A stretch of 64,000 bases of DNA, from positions 65,534,001 to 65,598,000 of the forward strand of contig NC_043006.1 in assembly GCF_006345805.1 (NCBI RefSeq), written 5' to 3'. The notes beneath the pieces are model-generated. The model was not told the DNA's origin, made no database searches, and saw only the letters and a list, made by a program, of their open reading frames with translations. The position numbers were made by a program, and so were the translations under genes. This document shows positions 51,270 to 64,000 of this stretch, piece after piece (the first letter of the stretch is position 1; each line of letters begins with the position of its first letter). The DNA comes from Octopus sinensis (Eukaryota).

Positions 51270-54200
51270 GTAAGATGAAGCATGTTTTATTTCATTCCTT
51301 TGTTTTATTTTTATGATCTATCATCCTTTTCACTGTACACACATTCAAAACAATGCAGAAACAAAATGGTTAAACTAATTACTGAAGCGGATTTTGTATC
51401 TGTGAACAAGGCTTGTCTTTATTTTAGTTTATTCCGCAGCAGTTAGTAATACAGTACAGCATGGCCTAGTGGTAAGGGTCTCGGGGTTCATAATCATAAA
51501 TGCCATGGGTTCAATTCTTGGACAGGGCAGTGTATTGTGTCCTTAAGCAAAACATTTCCTTACATGGTGCCACAGTTTACTCAGCTGGCAACGTTCACTT
51601 ACTTAGTACTGCTGCATCCTTTTCTCCAGCTGTCACATCCTTGCTGCTCCACTGGGAGGGTCCAGACAGTGTCTGTTGTCTTTCTGCTTGTGACAGCCTA
51701 TATAAAATAATTAGCTAAAGCACGGTACATGCTACCGTGATGGTTGTAGCTTAGTATCCCATCCAGCAGATGTATTTGTCTCTCTCTCTCCCTTCAATAT
51801 AAACAGTAGGAATGAGAAGGCCCTGTGGATAAAAGGTCAGTCATCATCAGTTCACTCACAGAATTCTGAACAGAGAATTTCATTTTGCCACTATTTTGGT
51901 TTATTTAGTTCTTTGGAATGAGTACCAATTCATGCAGGTACATCAATGCTAAACTGTTGTCTTCACCAGAGGTATTGAATATCTCTCATCTACTTAATCT
52001 TATGATACAAGAAGTTTGTCTCATGAAAGACATTTAGAGGTGGGTGGTATTTAAACATATTTTTTCATACCAATACACTCCACTGTACTAAGTATTTTGT
52101 GAATCTCTAGGGTTTCATAGCTCTCACCACGTTTACCAACACATCATGAATTTTAGGTTTAAATGCTCTTGAGACCTAAGATACAAAAATGTTATTAATT
52201 TTAATTTCAGAATAGTGGTTCCTAGCACATGTTTTGATATCAGTAAAACTCATTATAGTGATCATAGATAAAAACAATTGAAATTTAGTGGAGATAACCC
52301 ATCTCTGTACGTCTGCCACTTACCACTAATACACCCACGAACTTACCCATCCATACCACTTCTATATTCATCTTCCTTTAACTTGAGAGTACACTCTCAC
52401 ACATCTTCACCATCTCCTGATGCAAAGCCACTTCACTCAATACTACTCTCTGATAAGTTGTGGTGGTCTTTTCTTGCAAGCTGCTTGGTGACTTCACTAG
52501 TGTCAGTGCCATATAAAAAGTACTCAGGACACTCTGTGAAGTAGTTGGCATAGAAACAATGCCAAGCTTGCCAGTTCATGCCTAATTGTCCAATCCATAA
52601 CTGCAGCGTAAAACTGGGTGTACATAGCATCAGATATAACATGCAATAGAGAAGACTGCACAGGTACGGCCATGTAATGTGTATGAATGAAGACAGTTGC
52701 ACCAAGAGGTGCTGATCTCTAATTGTAGAGGGAAATGTCAGACTAAGTACAAGCCTGATTGCCCTTGCATACAGACTCATCTCCTGAAACCCTCTCCAGC
52801 TGAGTATCTCTAATCTTGCGGGTTTGAAGGTGCTAATGCCATGTAAATAGCACCCATACTGGAGCTGTGTAAAACACCCAGTACAGTACAGTGGTTGGCG
52901 TGAGGAAGGGCATCCAGCCATAGAAACCCCATCAAAATGAACATGGAACCTGAACGGCCCTTCAGCTGTGTCAGACCATCCAACCCATGCCTGCATGGAA
53001 AATGGACGTTAAATGATGATGATGATATAAATACTTAGAAATCTTTAATCTCTAACAATGAGGTTAATAGCCTGAATGATTATAATTTTATAAGTTGTCT
53101 AGAAATGATTTAAACCTAAATTCATAGTTCTAATGTATTCTATATGAATTGTCATCTTTCATTATACAAATGTCTGACAGAAAGGTGTGTAGTAACTTCA
53201 AGGTGTCTTAGTATATAGGTGTCATGATAAAATGCATCTAGTGCATTCTGTAAAGTGATTGATGCTACAAAGGGTAGTTATGCTAAAAATGTAACATACA
53301 AGTTAGATTATAGTCCTTTGAGCCCCCTAGGAAGATAGTAACTCTAAATAAGAACTGGCTCAGACTGTGGGAACTCAGCCAGCCAATGTCAGGATGGAAA
53401 GCAATATAAAATGATGAGGTTAGTATCTGTGGAATTAGAACCTCTATGTGTACTTGTACACATGCAGCTTGTAATGAAGCAGGATGTGCTGCTTTATAAG
53501 TTTTATAATTTGATGTTGACAATCTATGATTTAAAGTATATCAGTTTTAGTAGTATGAGGGATAAAGGACTACATCGTCCAATATGTCCTTTCTTTGCTA
53601 ACACTGTAGGATGAGATTTGAAGGAGATTAAGCTACTATTTCCAACAGTTTATGTGATCATCTAAACACTCCAATGTTGGTTTGCAGTTTATTTTGGGGT
53701 TGGTGCAGATGAGATTGAGAACCAGGTGGGAACTTTTTGCCTGTGCCTAATAGAAAGTTTTCTGTGGAAAGCGTTTCTCAAATGAGTAAAATGTACCCTA
53801 ATCTTTTCTTCACCAACCAGTCGAAAAAGGGGCTCCAAACTCTTCGCCAACTAATAGAAAAACAAACAAACAAAAATTAAATGCTTTACAAAACATCACA
53901 CAAAACAGTGCACATCATAGGTTGCATGTGTGTGCACACATACCAAGAAACAAACGACCGCGTATGCACAGAAATACCTACTTACATTACAACCTAAGAA
54001 TTCTAAAACTAAAGGGCCATTTTTACACCTGAAAATCCCAGTCCTTGACCAGTGTTTGCTCCAACATATTTACCTCAACCTACAGAATTACTTGTTCAGT
54101 AAAAATCAAAATGTATTATCTTTTCACCTGAATAGTATTAGAGTAATTGTTTTAAAAGAGAAATACCCTAAAAACAAGAAGCATTATTCCCAGCTGATAT

Positions 54201-54510
54201 AAATAGAACACATACATACATCATCATATTCAGCATCCGTTTATATTATGTCCATTACGATTAGTCTACAATATAATAGATATTCTGCACTCAACACCAG
54301 CTGTTCTACTTTCAATATCTACAGTAGGGTCAGCAGCTTCATTAATTCTAAAACCTCATTTGGCCTTACTGTCCTTAAACTTGTGAAATATATGACTTTC
54401 ACACAGCTCCCCCAACATGATAAGGGTCTGTAGCTTGATTTTGGTGAAGACGTAACATGTTAAGGCTGTTTTCTCAGCTAAAGAAAAGTTATTTGCTCTA
54501 TCCTCTACAT

Positions 54511-54789
54511 CAGTGGTTCCCAAACCTTTTCAGGCTGCCACCCCCTTGACACCCTGGCCACACTCTTAGCACCCCCACCCCAACTAGCCATCACATAGAC
54601 CCCTTTCTGAAGCAAATTCAAAACAACTCTATTTCACAAATAAAACTTAACCTAATGAACCCATTATTTTGTTGTTTTTACATGAATCACCTGTTTTGGC
54701 TACCCCATTAATGCACTACTTTTCTTCAATGCCCCCGTGAAACTTACCAGTCCCCAGGGAGGCAATACCACCCACTTTGAGAACTACTG
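54511..54789. mobile_element. hAT/Charlie-type MITE
   Basis: TIRs CAGTGGTTCCCAAA / TTTGAGAACTACTG (12/14 match); TSD CTCTACAT/CTCTATAT. Confidence 0.85.
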
Positions 54790-55478
54790 CTCTATATTCT
54801 CTTCACCAGCCCGCTTGCCCTCACATTCTTTTCTTTCCTTGTCATATTTGATCTTCATTGTCATCATCATCATTGTTTTAGGGTACACTTTTCCATGTTT
54901 CCATGGGTTGGACAGAGTTTGTTGAGGCAGATTTTCTATAGCTGGAGGTCCTTCGTGTCGCAAACCCTCACCTGTTTCAATGCTAGGTAATATTTCCCCA
55001 TGTCCAGTCATGTTTTTGCAGAGTAGTGGAAATGAACAACACTGCTTGTATGACAGTGACACTCATTTACAACTCTCACATCATTCAAGAATAAAAGGCA
55101 CAAACTTACACTTACATACAGAGAAGTAGTTCTGTCTGTGTCTGTTGACAAATGATGTAAACATTGGAAAAAAGAAAACAATAAACATACTCTTTCCTCT
55201 CTGTCTTTTTTTACTGTTACTATAATGGCCTCTGCTCCTCAGAGTTTGCTGTATTCATGCACCTCTATACTGACATTTCTTCCTGGCTTGTCTCTCCTTC
55301 TCATCATTCTTGTTATGTCCAACCTCCCAGACACCTCACTAATTACTATACATCCATTCCTTCCCTGCTCGTGTCTTTTGTGCAGGTGTTTAATTTAGCA
55401 AAGGTTCAAGAGGAACAATAATAGTGTCAATTTCTACTGGGCCGGAGACGGCCATGGACAGTGCTTCTTCCTCTAGAC

Positions 55479-55706
55479 TAGTAATGCTCAACCATTTTTT
55501 TACATATGAACCCTTCTGGTTCCTATTTTACTCAGGTGGAACCCTATAGCCATTTGATGTTTAAACAAATCTCATTTTGATTTTATAATTAGATATTAGG
55601 AATTGTATAAAGAATTAAAATACTTTGTATGGTAGAAGTATGAAAAATTTATTGCACATAAATTTTAACAGCAAAATCTTATATGGACCCTGGTTGAAAG
55701 CCAGTG
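55479..55706. mobile_element. hAT/Charlie-type MITE, degenerate
   Basis: Ends TAGTAATGCTCAACC / GGTTGAAAGCCAGTG; TSD CTCTAGAC/CTCTACAC. Confidence 0.7.
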
Positions 55707-56226
55707 CTCTACACTCAGAAAGTAAACAAAAAAATGCTATTTCATCAGCTATTCTCCATGTACATCATCATCATTTTAACGTTCAGTTTTCCATGCTTGC
55801 ATTGATGCATTAGTGTATCATCATTATTGAACATTTGGTCTTCCATGCTTGCATTGGCCAGGCTGAATATGTTGAGGCAGATTTTCTTTAGCCAGATGCC
55901 CATCCTGTTGTCAACCCTCACCTGTTTCCAGGCAAGGTAGTGTTTCTCTATTACCAGTCAGGTTTTCCATTGAACTCTAGAAACAAACAGCATTACCATT
56001 ATAATGGCGATGCTCCTTTACAACCATCATGTGATGTCAAGACAAGGGGACACACACACACGTGTGTGCGCATGTGTGTGTATTTATGTATATATGTCTC
56101 AGGCCTTTCTGTCAAAGAGTGTAGGCTCAAAACATCAAAGATTTTTTAATTCTTCCTGAGCATTAAACTAACACACCTGCTTGTTGTTCCCTCACCTGTC
56201 TTCATCTTCTGTTTTCTGTAAACTTG

Positions 56227-56285
<59 letters not shown>

Positions 56286-59200
56286 AAGCTTCTTTACCAA
56301 ATCCACTCATAAAGCTACAGTCCTCGTTGGCCCAGGACAATAATAGAAGGCATTTTCACTTGGTTATGCAGTAGAACTGAACCCGAGACTGCAAGGTTGG
56401 GAAGCGAGCTTCTTAACCACACAGCTGCACCTGTGTCTTTGTAGTATTTGCTAAAGAATAAGACTCCCCTTCATTCCTCCATAACATGCCTCTAAACATG
56501 TATCCTCCCCCCTCACAACCAAAGCACTATGTGCCCAACCCATTGACTCCATTACCAGAGACTTCAAAAATCCCCCTCCTATAGAGATATGCCAATTCTC
56601 TCTCTCTCTCTTCCAATAACAAAATCCCACAAATACCACTGGTATCTGTAAAACATCATCACATCCTCTCTCTCATGAGCAGCACTCAACCAAGAGTCCT
56701 CACAATCAGTCCAATTATCACGTGATCTTTCCTGGAAAAAGCACATACTTAGCACAGCTAGGACTACCCTCTAAAAACTGGCCCTTCCCTTCCAGTTTAG
56801 ATGATACTTCACCCTACAACAATTATTTATACTCTTCAAAGCTCAGCTGAGGTCCGCAATGGAGTATTGCTCTTACGTCTAGGACTGCTATTGCTGCACA
56901 TACAGATATCCTAATCCACATCTACAAAAGAGCCACACTCCTTTTTCTGGCCCAGAGCTGTACTGTTTCCTCTCTCTCTGCCTTTTTTAGTAATACTGTA
57001 ATGAACTTTGTTTCTTGGAGCTAGTTAGACACATGCCATTGCCTTCAGTCTAGGCATTCTTAACCCACTTGTCTTTTTTCCCTTCATCGGCCTTGTTACA
57101 TCTAACATCCCGTCCCTTGCATTTATTATTACGCTCCTTACTGTAATATCTTCTCTCTGGAATTCAATCCAGTCTTTCCCCTCATGTATTGATTTATAAA
57201 AGTTCAAAAGGACTATTAATGGCATCAATTTCAGCTGCTCTAGAAGAGCCTGCAAAGGCTATGGGGGCTGAACCTTTCCTCCAGATGCAGCAAGTTGAAA
57301 AGGAAAAAATTAGCTAAACCTGTTAGAAGATATCACAAAGAGGTAACAGAAAACTAGTTCCAACTGCATAACTCAAGGTAGAAAATAAAGAAGTAAAAGA
57401 ACGTTCTGTAGTGACATTGCCTAAACAGTTCCAGAAAGTTAGAATTCTGGATTAATGGCAGTTATGTTAACTCACAATAGGCATCTTAATTTGTATAATG
57501 CCAAGACAAACTTTGGAGCTTGACTGTCCTCTGACCTGTCAAATGCAGCCTAACTGGCCAACCTTTGTCAACAGAGAATACAAATTATAAAGGATGATAA
57601 TATTGATAGATAAGTTTATAATGATTGCACAGTTAGATAGTAAGATAATCATCATCTCTGTCATCATCATCATCATCATCGTTGTCGTCGTCATCATCAT
57701 CACAGCGATGATGACATCTGTTTCTCAATTATTGCACAAGTTGAACACTGTTTGTAGTGTCACATTTTCTTGTCTTAGTACTGTGAGCTAATTTAATAAC
57801 CGTTCAATGCTAGCCTGTCAGCATCATGCATCTCACACACAGTCATACAAGTTGTTAGCTTCCCTGTACATAGCTTGCTCTCCTCTTGCAAGCCATTCAT
57901 CTATACCCAGTTTTCTTAGAGATCTGGTTTTAGAGTGTGGTCCCATGTCAAAGCCCTTTTTCAGATAAACAGATACGAAATAGAGTGTCTTATACTAAGC
58001 TACAAAAGACTTTTGAAATTGTCCCTTTGAGATGAGAGCATCAGAAGTATCACAATCAAACACAAATCTAAACTGTGTCTCATCTGATCTAATCTTCCTG
58101 CTGATGATGATGAGTTGGATGGAGTATATCAAGGGAAATTTTCTATGGCCATATGCCCTTCCTGTTACCGGCTCTTACCTCTTTCCAAGTAAGGTAGCAT
58201 ATCTTCATGGCCAGGTATGATTTCACTGAGCATTTGCAATGAATGACATTCATTTACAACAGTCATGCAATGTCAAGACAAGGAGACACAGATGCACACA
58301 CACACACGCGGCATGCTTTTTTCAGTTTACATCTGCTAAATCTAGACACAAGGCTTTGGTTGACCCAGGGCTGTAGGTAAAACATTTGCCCAAGGTGCCA
58401 CGTTGTGGGACTGAACTGAAAACCATGCAATTGGGAAGCAAACTTCTTTACCACACCTTACCTGCCTCTCCACACTTACACCTTGTGTCAAAATTATTTC
58501 TGTCTAAGGACTAAGATATAAGGTGCATTGCTGTAGACCCACCCACCTGTAAATCACTGGTGCCGGTGCCATGTAAAAAGCACCCAGTGCACTCTGTAAA
58601 GTGGTTATTATTAGGAAGGCCATCCAACCACTGACACCAAACTAAAACACAATGAAACCTGGTGTGGCTCCTGGCCTTGCCAGCTCGTGTCTAACCATCC
58701 AACCCATGCCAGCATAGAAAATGGATGTTAAATGATGATAATAAATACTTTCATAATTCCATCCATCAGCTTGATACTTCTGTAATTGCTTTGTTCTAAA
58801 GCATCTCCTTTGCCCTTGTGATGACAGTTGGTGATGCTAGTGCTACAATAGTCATTAACTATGGCACCTTCCTACTTTACCTGGTTGACGATGCAAGTAA
58901 CTAGCTTAAGTCCTACTTCACTGGATATTTTATATTTTTAACATCTCCATAATTGTCCTTGGTGGACCCAGCAGCTATGCTTACCTCCCTATCCTTTATG
59001 GTCATTTTGACCATATAACTGTCAACTTCAATAGCGGATCCCTCTATTGAGTCTCCTCCTCACCCTCTCCTCACTACCACCATCATCATCATCATTTAAC
59101 CGCTGTTTTTCATGCTGACATGTGTTGGCCAGTTTTGACAGGAGCTGGTCATTCGGAAGAGATGCACCAGGCTCCATCGTTTGATTTGGCATGGTTTCTA

Positions 59201-59404
59201 TGGCTGGGTGCCTTTCCTAATGCCAACCACTTTACAGTGTGTGCTGGGTGCTTTTTAGGTGGCACCAACACCAATGCTGTTGTGTGACACGAGTAAGGGT
59301 GTTTTATACATGGCACTGGCATGGGCACTTTATATGTTACACCAGCATAGGTGCTTTTTATGTGATACTGGCGTGGGTGCATTTTATGTGGTACCAGCAC
59401 AACT

Positions 59405-59900
59405 TGGGATAATCTCTCACATGTTCTTCACATTTAACAACTGCTTGTAGTAGTTCCAAGCCACTTTCTTCTCAGTAAAAGTGGGTAGACCGACGTGTGG
59501 TTTGGTGCAGAGTCCTGTTGCCAGACATAGGGTATTCCAGCAGCCACCCTCTTGACCCAGGGCATTACAACCTCCTCCAGGCACTTGATGAAGGCCTCTG
59601 TGTTGAGTCTGAGGCCATGTGGGAATTGTCTGTTGAAAAATTGTCTGCACATGGTTGTAGTGACAGTAAGTGTATTGCTATCACTCTGGGCACACTTTCC
59701 CTTATCTTGATTCACATTGGCATACTACTTTACCATCCTGAACACCTGAAGCTTCTGGTCCATTCATTGCAGAATATTGGCAAACATGTTGCTTTTCAGC
59801 TTCTTTCTGAGTTATATAAACCTGATACCTAACTTCTCTTGATTTTGTTCTCTGTTGCCTAGTTTCTTTCTGTCTTCCTGAGCCTTTCTTTGAACATAAA
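59405..59900 (-). mobile_element. RTE LINE ORF fragment interrupted by an insert
   Basis: ..QVYITQKEAEK..FANIL..DQKLQVFRMVK..NQDKGKC..SDSNTLTVT [insert] TEKKVAWNYYKQLLNVKN, collinear with the RTE pre-RT region. Confidence 0.65.
59491..59625 (-). mobile_element. Tc1/mariner transposase catalytic-domain fragment
   Basis: FPHGLRLNTEAFIKCLEEVVMPWVKRVAAGIPYVWQQDSAPNHTS contains the QQD.AP.H motif; no TIRs. Confidence 0.85.
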
Positions 59901-62639
59901 AAGCTCCCATGCTGGTGCTATGTGGAGGGCACCCATACCAGTCCCATGTGGAGGGCACTCATGCTGGTGTCATGTATAAAGCACCGTGATGGTGCCACAT
60001 AATAGCACTTGTGTTGGTGCCACCTGAAAAGCATCCAGTACACTCTGTAAAGTGGTTGGCATTAGGAAGAGCATCAAGCCATAGAAACCATGCTTTTCTT
60101 TGAACTTTTATACCTTTATCTACAGGATTGTTCCACCACCATGTCACCTTTCATCTTGCTCCTACTCTGCCCCAACTACACATCTTGTTAATGATCTGCT
60201 GCTGGTTGTCTCAAAGAAACGCCGAATTGCCCTCTATGTTTAGGGCCTTACAGCCTCCCAATTATCATCATAAATCATTTAGAATCTCTCTGAATTTATG
60301 TTTAGTAGATTCAGCAAAGAAATAAAAGCAGACTTCAAAGCAAGCAATAATGCCTGTAGCCTTACCCAAATTGAATGGAAAGTTGCATCATTCTTCTTTT
60401 ATCTTTGTACTGGTTTTAGCCACTGGGCTGCGGCCAAGCTGGGGGTACCACCGTGAAGGGTTCAGTTGAACAATAGGCCCCAGCACTTATTTTCCTAAAT
60501 CTGGTATTTATTCTATCAATCTCTTTTCTTTCAACAGCAAACACTTCCCAATCAATTCATATACATCTAGAAAAGTCTTCTATCTCATTTCCTCTTACAA
60601 AATTTGATGATGATCTCTTCTGGTGATCTCAGATCTGTAATGTGACAAAAACTATATCCCAAATGCTAGTTTTCCTCTTATGATCCCCTCTCTCCTGAAA
60701 TACTTCAGCCCTAAATAGCTACTGGCTCTCAACAAAATGTGAACCACAGCATAGTATGGTTTTACTATGAGAAATGGTGCTGCTGCCACATAAAATAACC
60801 TAAACGACATCCACAAGGACTCTCCCATGTAAATAAACCAGGGATGTAAACAAACCAGCACTTGTTGAGCAGTGGTGTCGGGCAGCAGAGCTACACACAC
60901 ATGCATACATACATATATAAATGCACACATGCATACGATGGGTTTCCATACAGTTTCTGTGTACCAAATTAACTCACAAGACATTGGCATTGATTGATCT
61001 GGGGCTATAGTAGAAGACACCCAGTGGAACTGAAATCGAAATAGTTTTTTTTTTTTTGTGTGTGTGTTTTGGCTGTCAACTACTTTAATGGTTGTTTCAA
61101 CATGTCTAACCTGCCCTCAATGTCCTGTTGAAAATCCAAATTAAATCATCTGACACTTAACTCAGTTTAAGCATTTATTATGATTCTCTTACCATTTTCA
61201 TGACTCAGTCCATCACTTTACAGTTACCCACCTCCATTGCATCTTGTTTACCCTTGCAATTGTTTATGGTTATATTGCTACTCTAGTCATTGAAGGTACC
61301 ACCTTTTTGTACAATCTAATTTACTCAGTAACAAACTACTATAGTGCTTACATATCCTGGTGTTGTCATTCGTATCTCGGTCGTTAATGTCTCGGGATGA
61401 CCTGTAAGTTTCTATTTTATTTCCTTGTTAACCAGTCTGCTATTAATCCTTACAACTGACAATTATATCAGCTTTAGTAGCAGTAGTTTCAGGTGAAATA
61501 AACATCAGAGGTATTTTGCCCCATACACAATCAGCAGGAGCTACTCAGAGGGTTTTTCAAGCTTTTCTGAATCCATTGCAATGCTGGAAACCTTTCTTTA
61601 TCATCAGCAGGTATCTCAGTCTCATAAGTGTTTTGCCCCTTAGCCTGTGTGCTTCACCTGACTAGGGTTGCAAGGCCTGAGCTAATCTTCACCTATGGAA
61701 AGGTTCCACTTACAGTCTCTCATCAACCATAGCCATCTTGAACTAATTTTACCTGCCATGCCTATTTCCTTGATGGCTCTCTTCAGTTGTCTGGGTTTCA
61801 GCCCCGTCTTATGCAGGATGCTTCTTTCCAATCTGTTGTTGTTGATCCACTTCATGCTGTCTTGTTCCATCTCTCAAGAATGTATATCTGGCCATGTAGG
61901 TATGTGGGTGTGTAATGAAAAAGTTATGTGGTATCTGTATTGTGTGTGGTTTTTATGAAGAGAACAAAGTTCTGAATGGGTGTTTTGGTTCATGCTGCTG
62001 TCTGCTACCCTTTTTTTCTGGAAAGAAGGCTCTCAGGGGGCTTTTACTATCACTTGAAAGAAACCCTTCTACCCTACACCAATACTTTGATTGACACCCC
62101 CTCCCACTCTCCCTCCACTTCTTCATTGGGTACTGTTCCAAGATAGCCTTCTGATCTCCAGGGGTCATCAGGATCTGGGTGTCCCCCACCTAACCCCATC
62201 AGACTGCCACTTAACCACATATTATTGTAAGTCACCTGTTTAGTGTTTCGTTGTTTGTGAGATATGTACATAGTGTGTATGTATTTCTTTTAAGATCTCC
62301 AAAGAACTACAATGTGACAGTTCCATCAAGTGGGGTCCTATCACTGAATCACATGGGTTCCTACAGCTGAGTTCATTCTGTCAGAACCCTTTGTACCATG
62401 GCTACATGGCCTTCTGCATATGGTTAACTTTACACTTTACCATTGTACCAAAAATAGAACTAATCTCTGATATGTTCTTTAACTTTTTTCTTCTCTAAAG
62501 ACCCTAGACTTTACTTACTCTCAATGCAAACTCATTCTCTTTTTTCTGACATAAATCTCTCAACTCCTCTCTTAATTATTTGTACTTGTGGTGACATTCA
62601 CCCAAGGTGGGTCACGCTGGCTCTGACCAACAAGTTCAC

Positions 62640-63120
62640 CATGTCCCTTACAGATGCTGACTACATACAACAGTTGGCCACAGTCGAGGCTGTAATGGAT
62701 ACCCACTCCCAGTTCCATTGCCAAAAACCATAGACGCAAGGACCTAATTGTTCTTTCATGTCTGCCTTTACTAACGCCAGTCACATCTTCAGTTGTTCTC
62801 CACCTCATTTGTGCCTGCCTGGGTGGGGAGCCAGGTTGTCCACCCTGCAAGTGAATTCCCAAAGTGACTGGCAGACAGTATGGCCAATCCACCTTAGATG
62901 TCTTGTGAGTGGACCTTCATGCTGAAAGTTGATGCAGCAGTGTTGTCATATCCAGGATCTGAAATGAATGCTACACCTCAGCTCTATAATTTAGAAGCCA
63001 AACTCTTCTCTGCAAATCCATGTTTGATTTTCCGGGTTGCAAGCTCTACTCAAACTTCACTCCTAAATGTAGTGTCTGTCCATATATGGATTGCACTCTC
63101 CATCTCACTCCCTTTGCTCA
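62640..63120 (-). mobile_element. Highly degenerate RTE LINE 3' ORF region
   Basis: RHLRWIGHT and PRQAQMRWRTTEDV resemble R.RW.GH and GRP..RW...D; many stops. Confidence 0.4.
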
Positions 63121-63859
63121 TCTGAGTTTCAGCAACAGATTCCAGTTATTCTGGCTCAAAGCCTTTCTCTCCAATTCCCTTTTGCTGCTTTCCTAACTTT
63201 ACAAATCCCTTGCAATTCATCATCATCATCATCATTTTTGAAGCTGGCATTGGTTGGTTGGTTTTGACAGGAGCTGCACCAGGTTCTATTGTCTGTTTTG
63301 AATGGTTTCTATAGATGGATGCCCTTCCTGACATTAATCACTTTACAAAGAGCACTGGGTACTTTTTTTGTGACTCTAGCACCGACAGGGTCACCAAGTA
63401 CCTTAATGATAAAACCCTTCAACTGGGTGGGGAGGAGTAGTATTGAGAGTGTGTGGCTTTGTGCCAGTTGAGAAATTTAAGGTATAAAGGGGACAAAAGT
63501 CTGCTTATTCTTTAATAATATCTCCTGCATCGATGACATATCTCATTTTACCTTTCTCCCAAATTATAGACTTTGGTGATTCCAACACTCCTCTCTTGCC
63601 CAGTGGTCCCCACACTCATTCCATATCAATGCTTCCAGTGCAGAAGCTGAATCCTTAGTAATTTTCATCTTCCTCATTCAACTTGTTTCATCTGTTCCTC
63701 ACATCTTAGTCTGACCTACAGGCGCTCCTAACACCTTTCGTACTAAACATTACTGACTTGGTATCTTTTGTGTCATCTGAGCCTAATCCTTATCACACCT
63801 AACAACACACAACCATGTACTACATAGCACCTCGCCACCCCTTTGATCTCTAGAGCTCT

Positions 63860-64000
63860 AAGGCAGCGAGCTGGCAGAAATGTCAGCACTCCGGGCGAAA
63901 TGCGTAGCCATATTTCGTCTCCCGTTACGTTTGGAGTTCAAATTCCGCCGAGGTCAACTTTGCCTTTCATCCTTTCAGGGTCGATAAATTAAGTACCAGT
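63860..64000 (+). mobile_element. SINE family B, young copy cut by the window end
   Basis: AAGGCAGCGAGCTGGCAGAA..GAGTTCAAATTCCGCCGAGGTCAACTTTGCCTTTCATCC; CpGs retained. Confidence 0.85.

Noticed and set aside
51300-60400. Further plus-strand exon candidates (51909-51937, 55386 onward, 57235-57342, 57966 onward)
   Set aside because: In-frame stops, weak donors or no independent support.
61100-62200. LINE endonuclease relic on the minus strand
   Set aside because: Plausible by composition, but no motif was clear enough to call.

Overview
Eukaryotic, AT-rich, repeat-dense DNA. The SINE, LINE and MITE families resemble those I recall from Octopus genomes; this is an inference with no database check. 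Most ORF-track entries are microsatellite or transposon artefacts. The best-supported host feature is the 5' end of an unidentified plus-strand gene: a CpG-retaining promoter region (~44.8-49.3 kb), two candidate alternative first coding exons (47675-47695, 48511-48588) and a phase-0 exon (51126/51132-51269). A divergent minus-strand gene with short exons is possible but weakly supported. The remainder holds three tRNA-derived SINE families, many RTE LINE 3' ends (one with a near-perfect 62-bp x ~7.6 array), relics of RTE, CR1-like and HERO-like LINEs, an internally deleted DD36E Tc1 element, a mariner fragment, hAT/piggyBac/Tc2-type MITEs, foldback hairpins and long microsatellites. I found no rRNA, true tRNA or CRISPR array, and no clearly novel multi-gene system.
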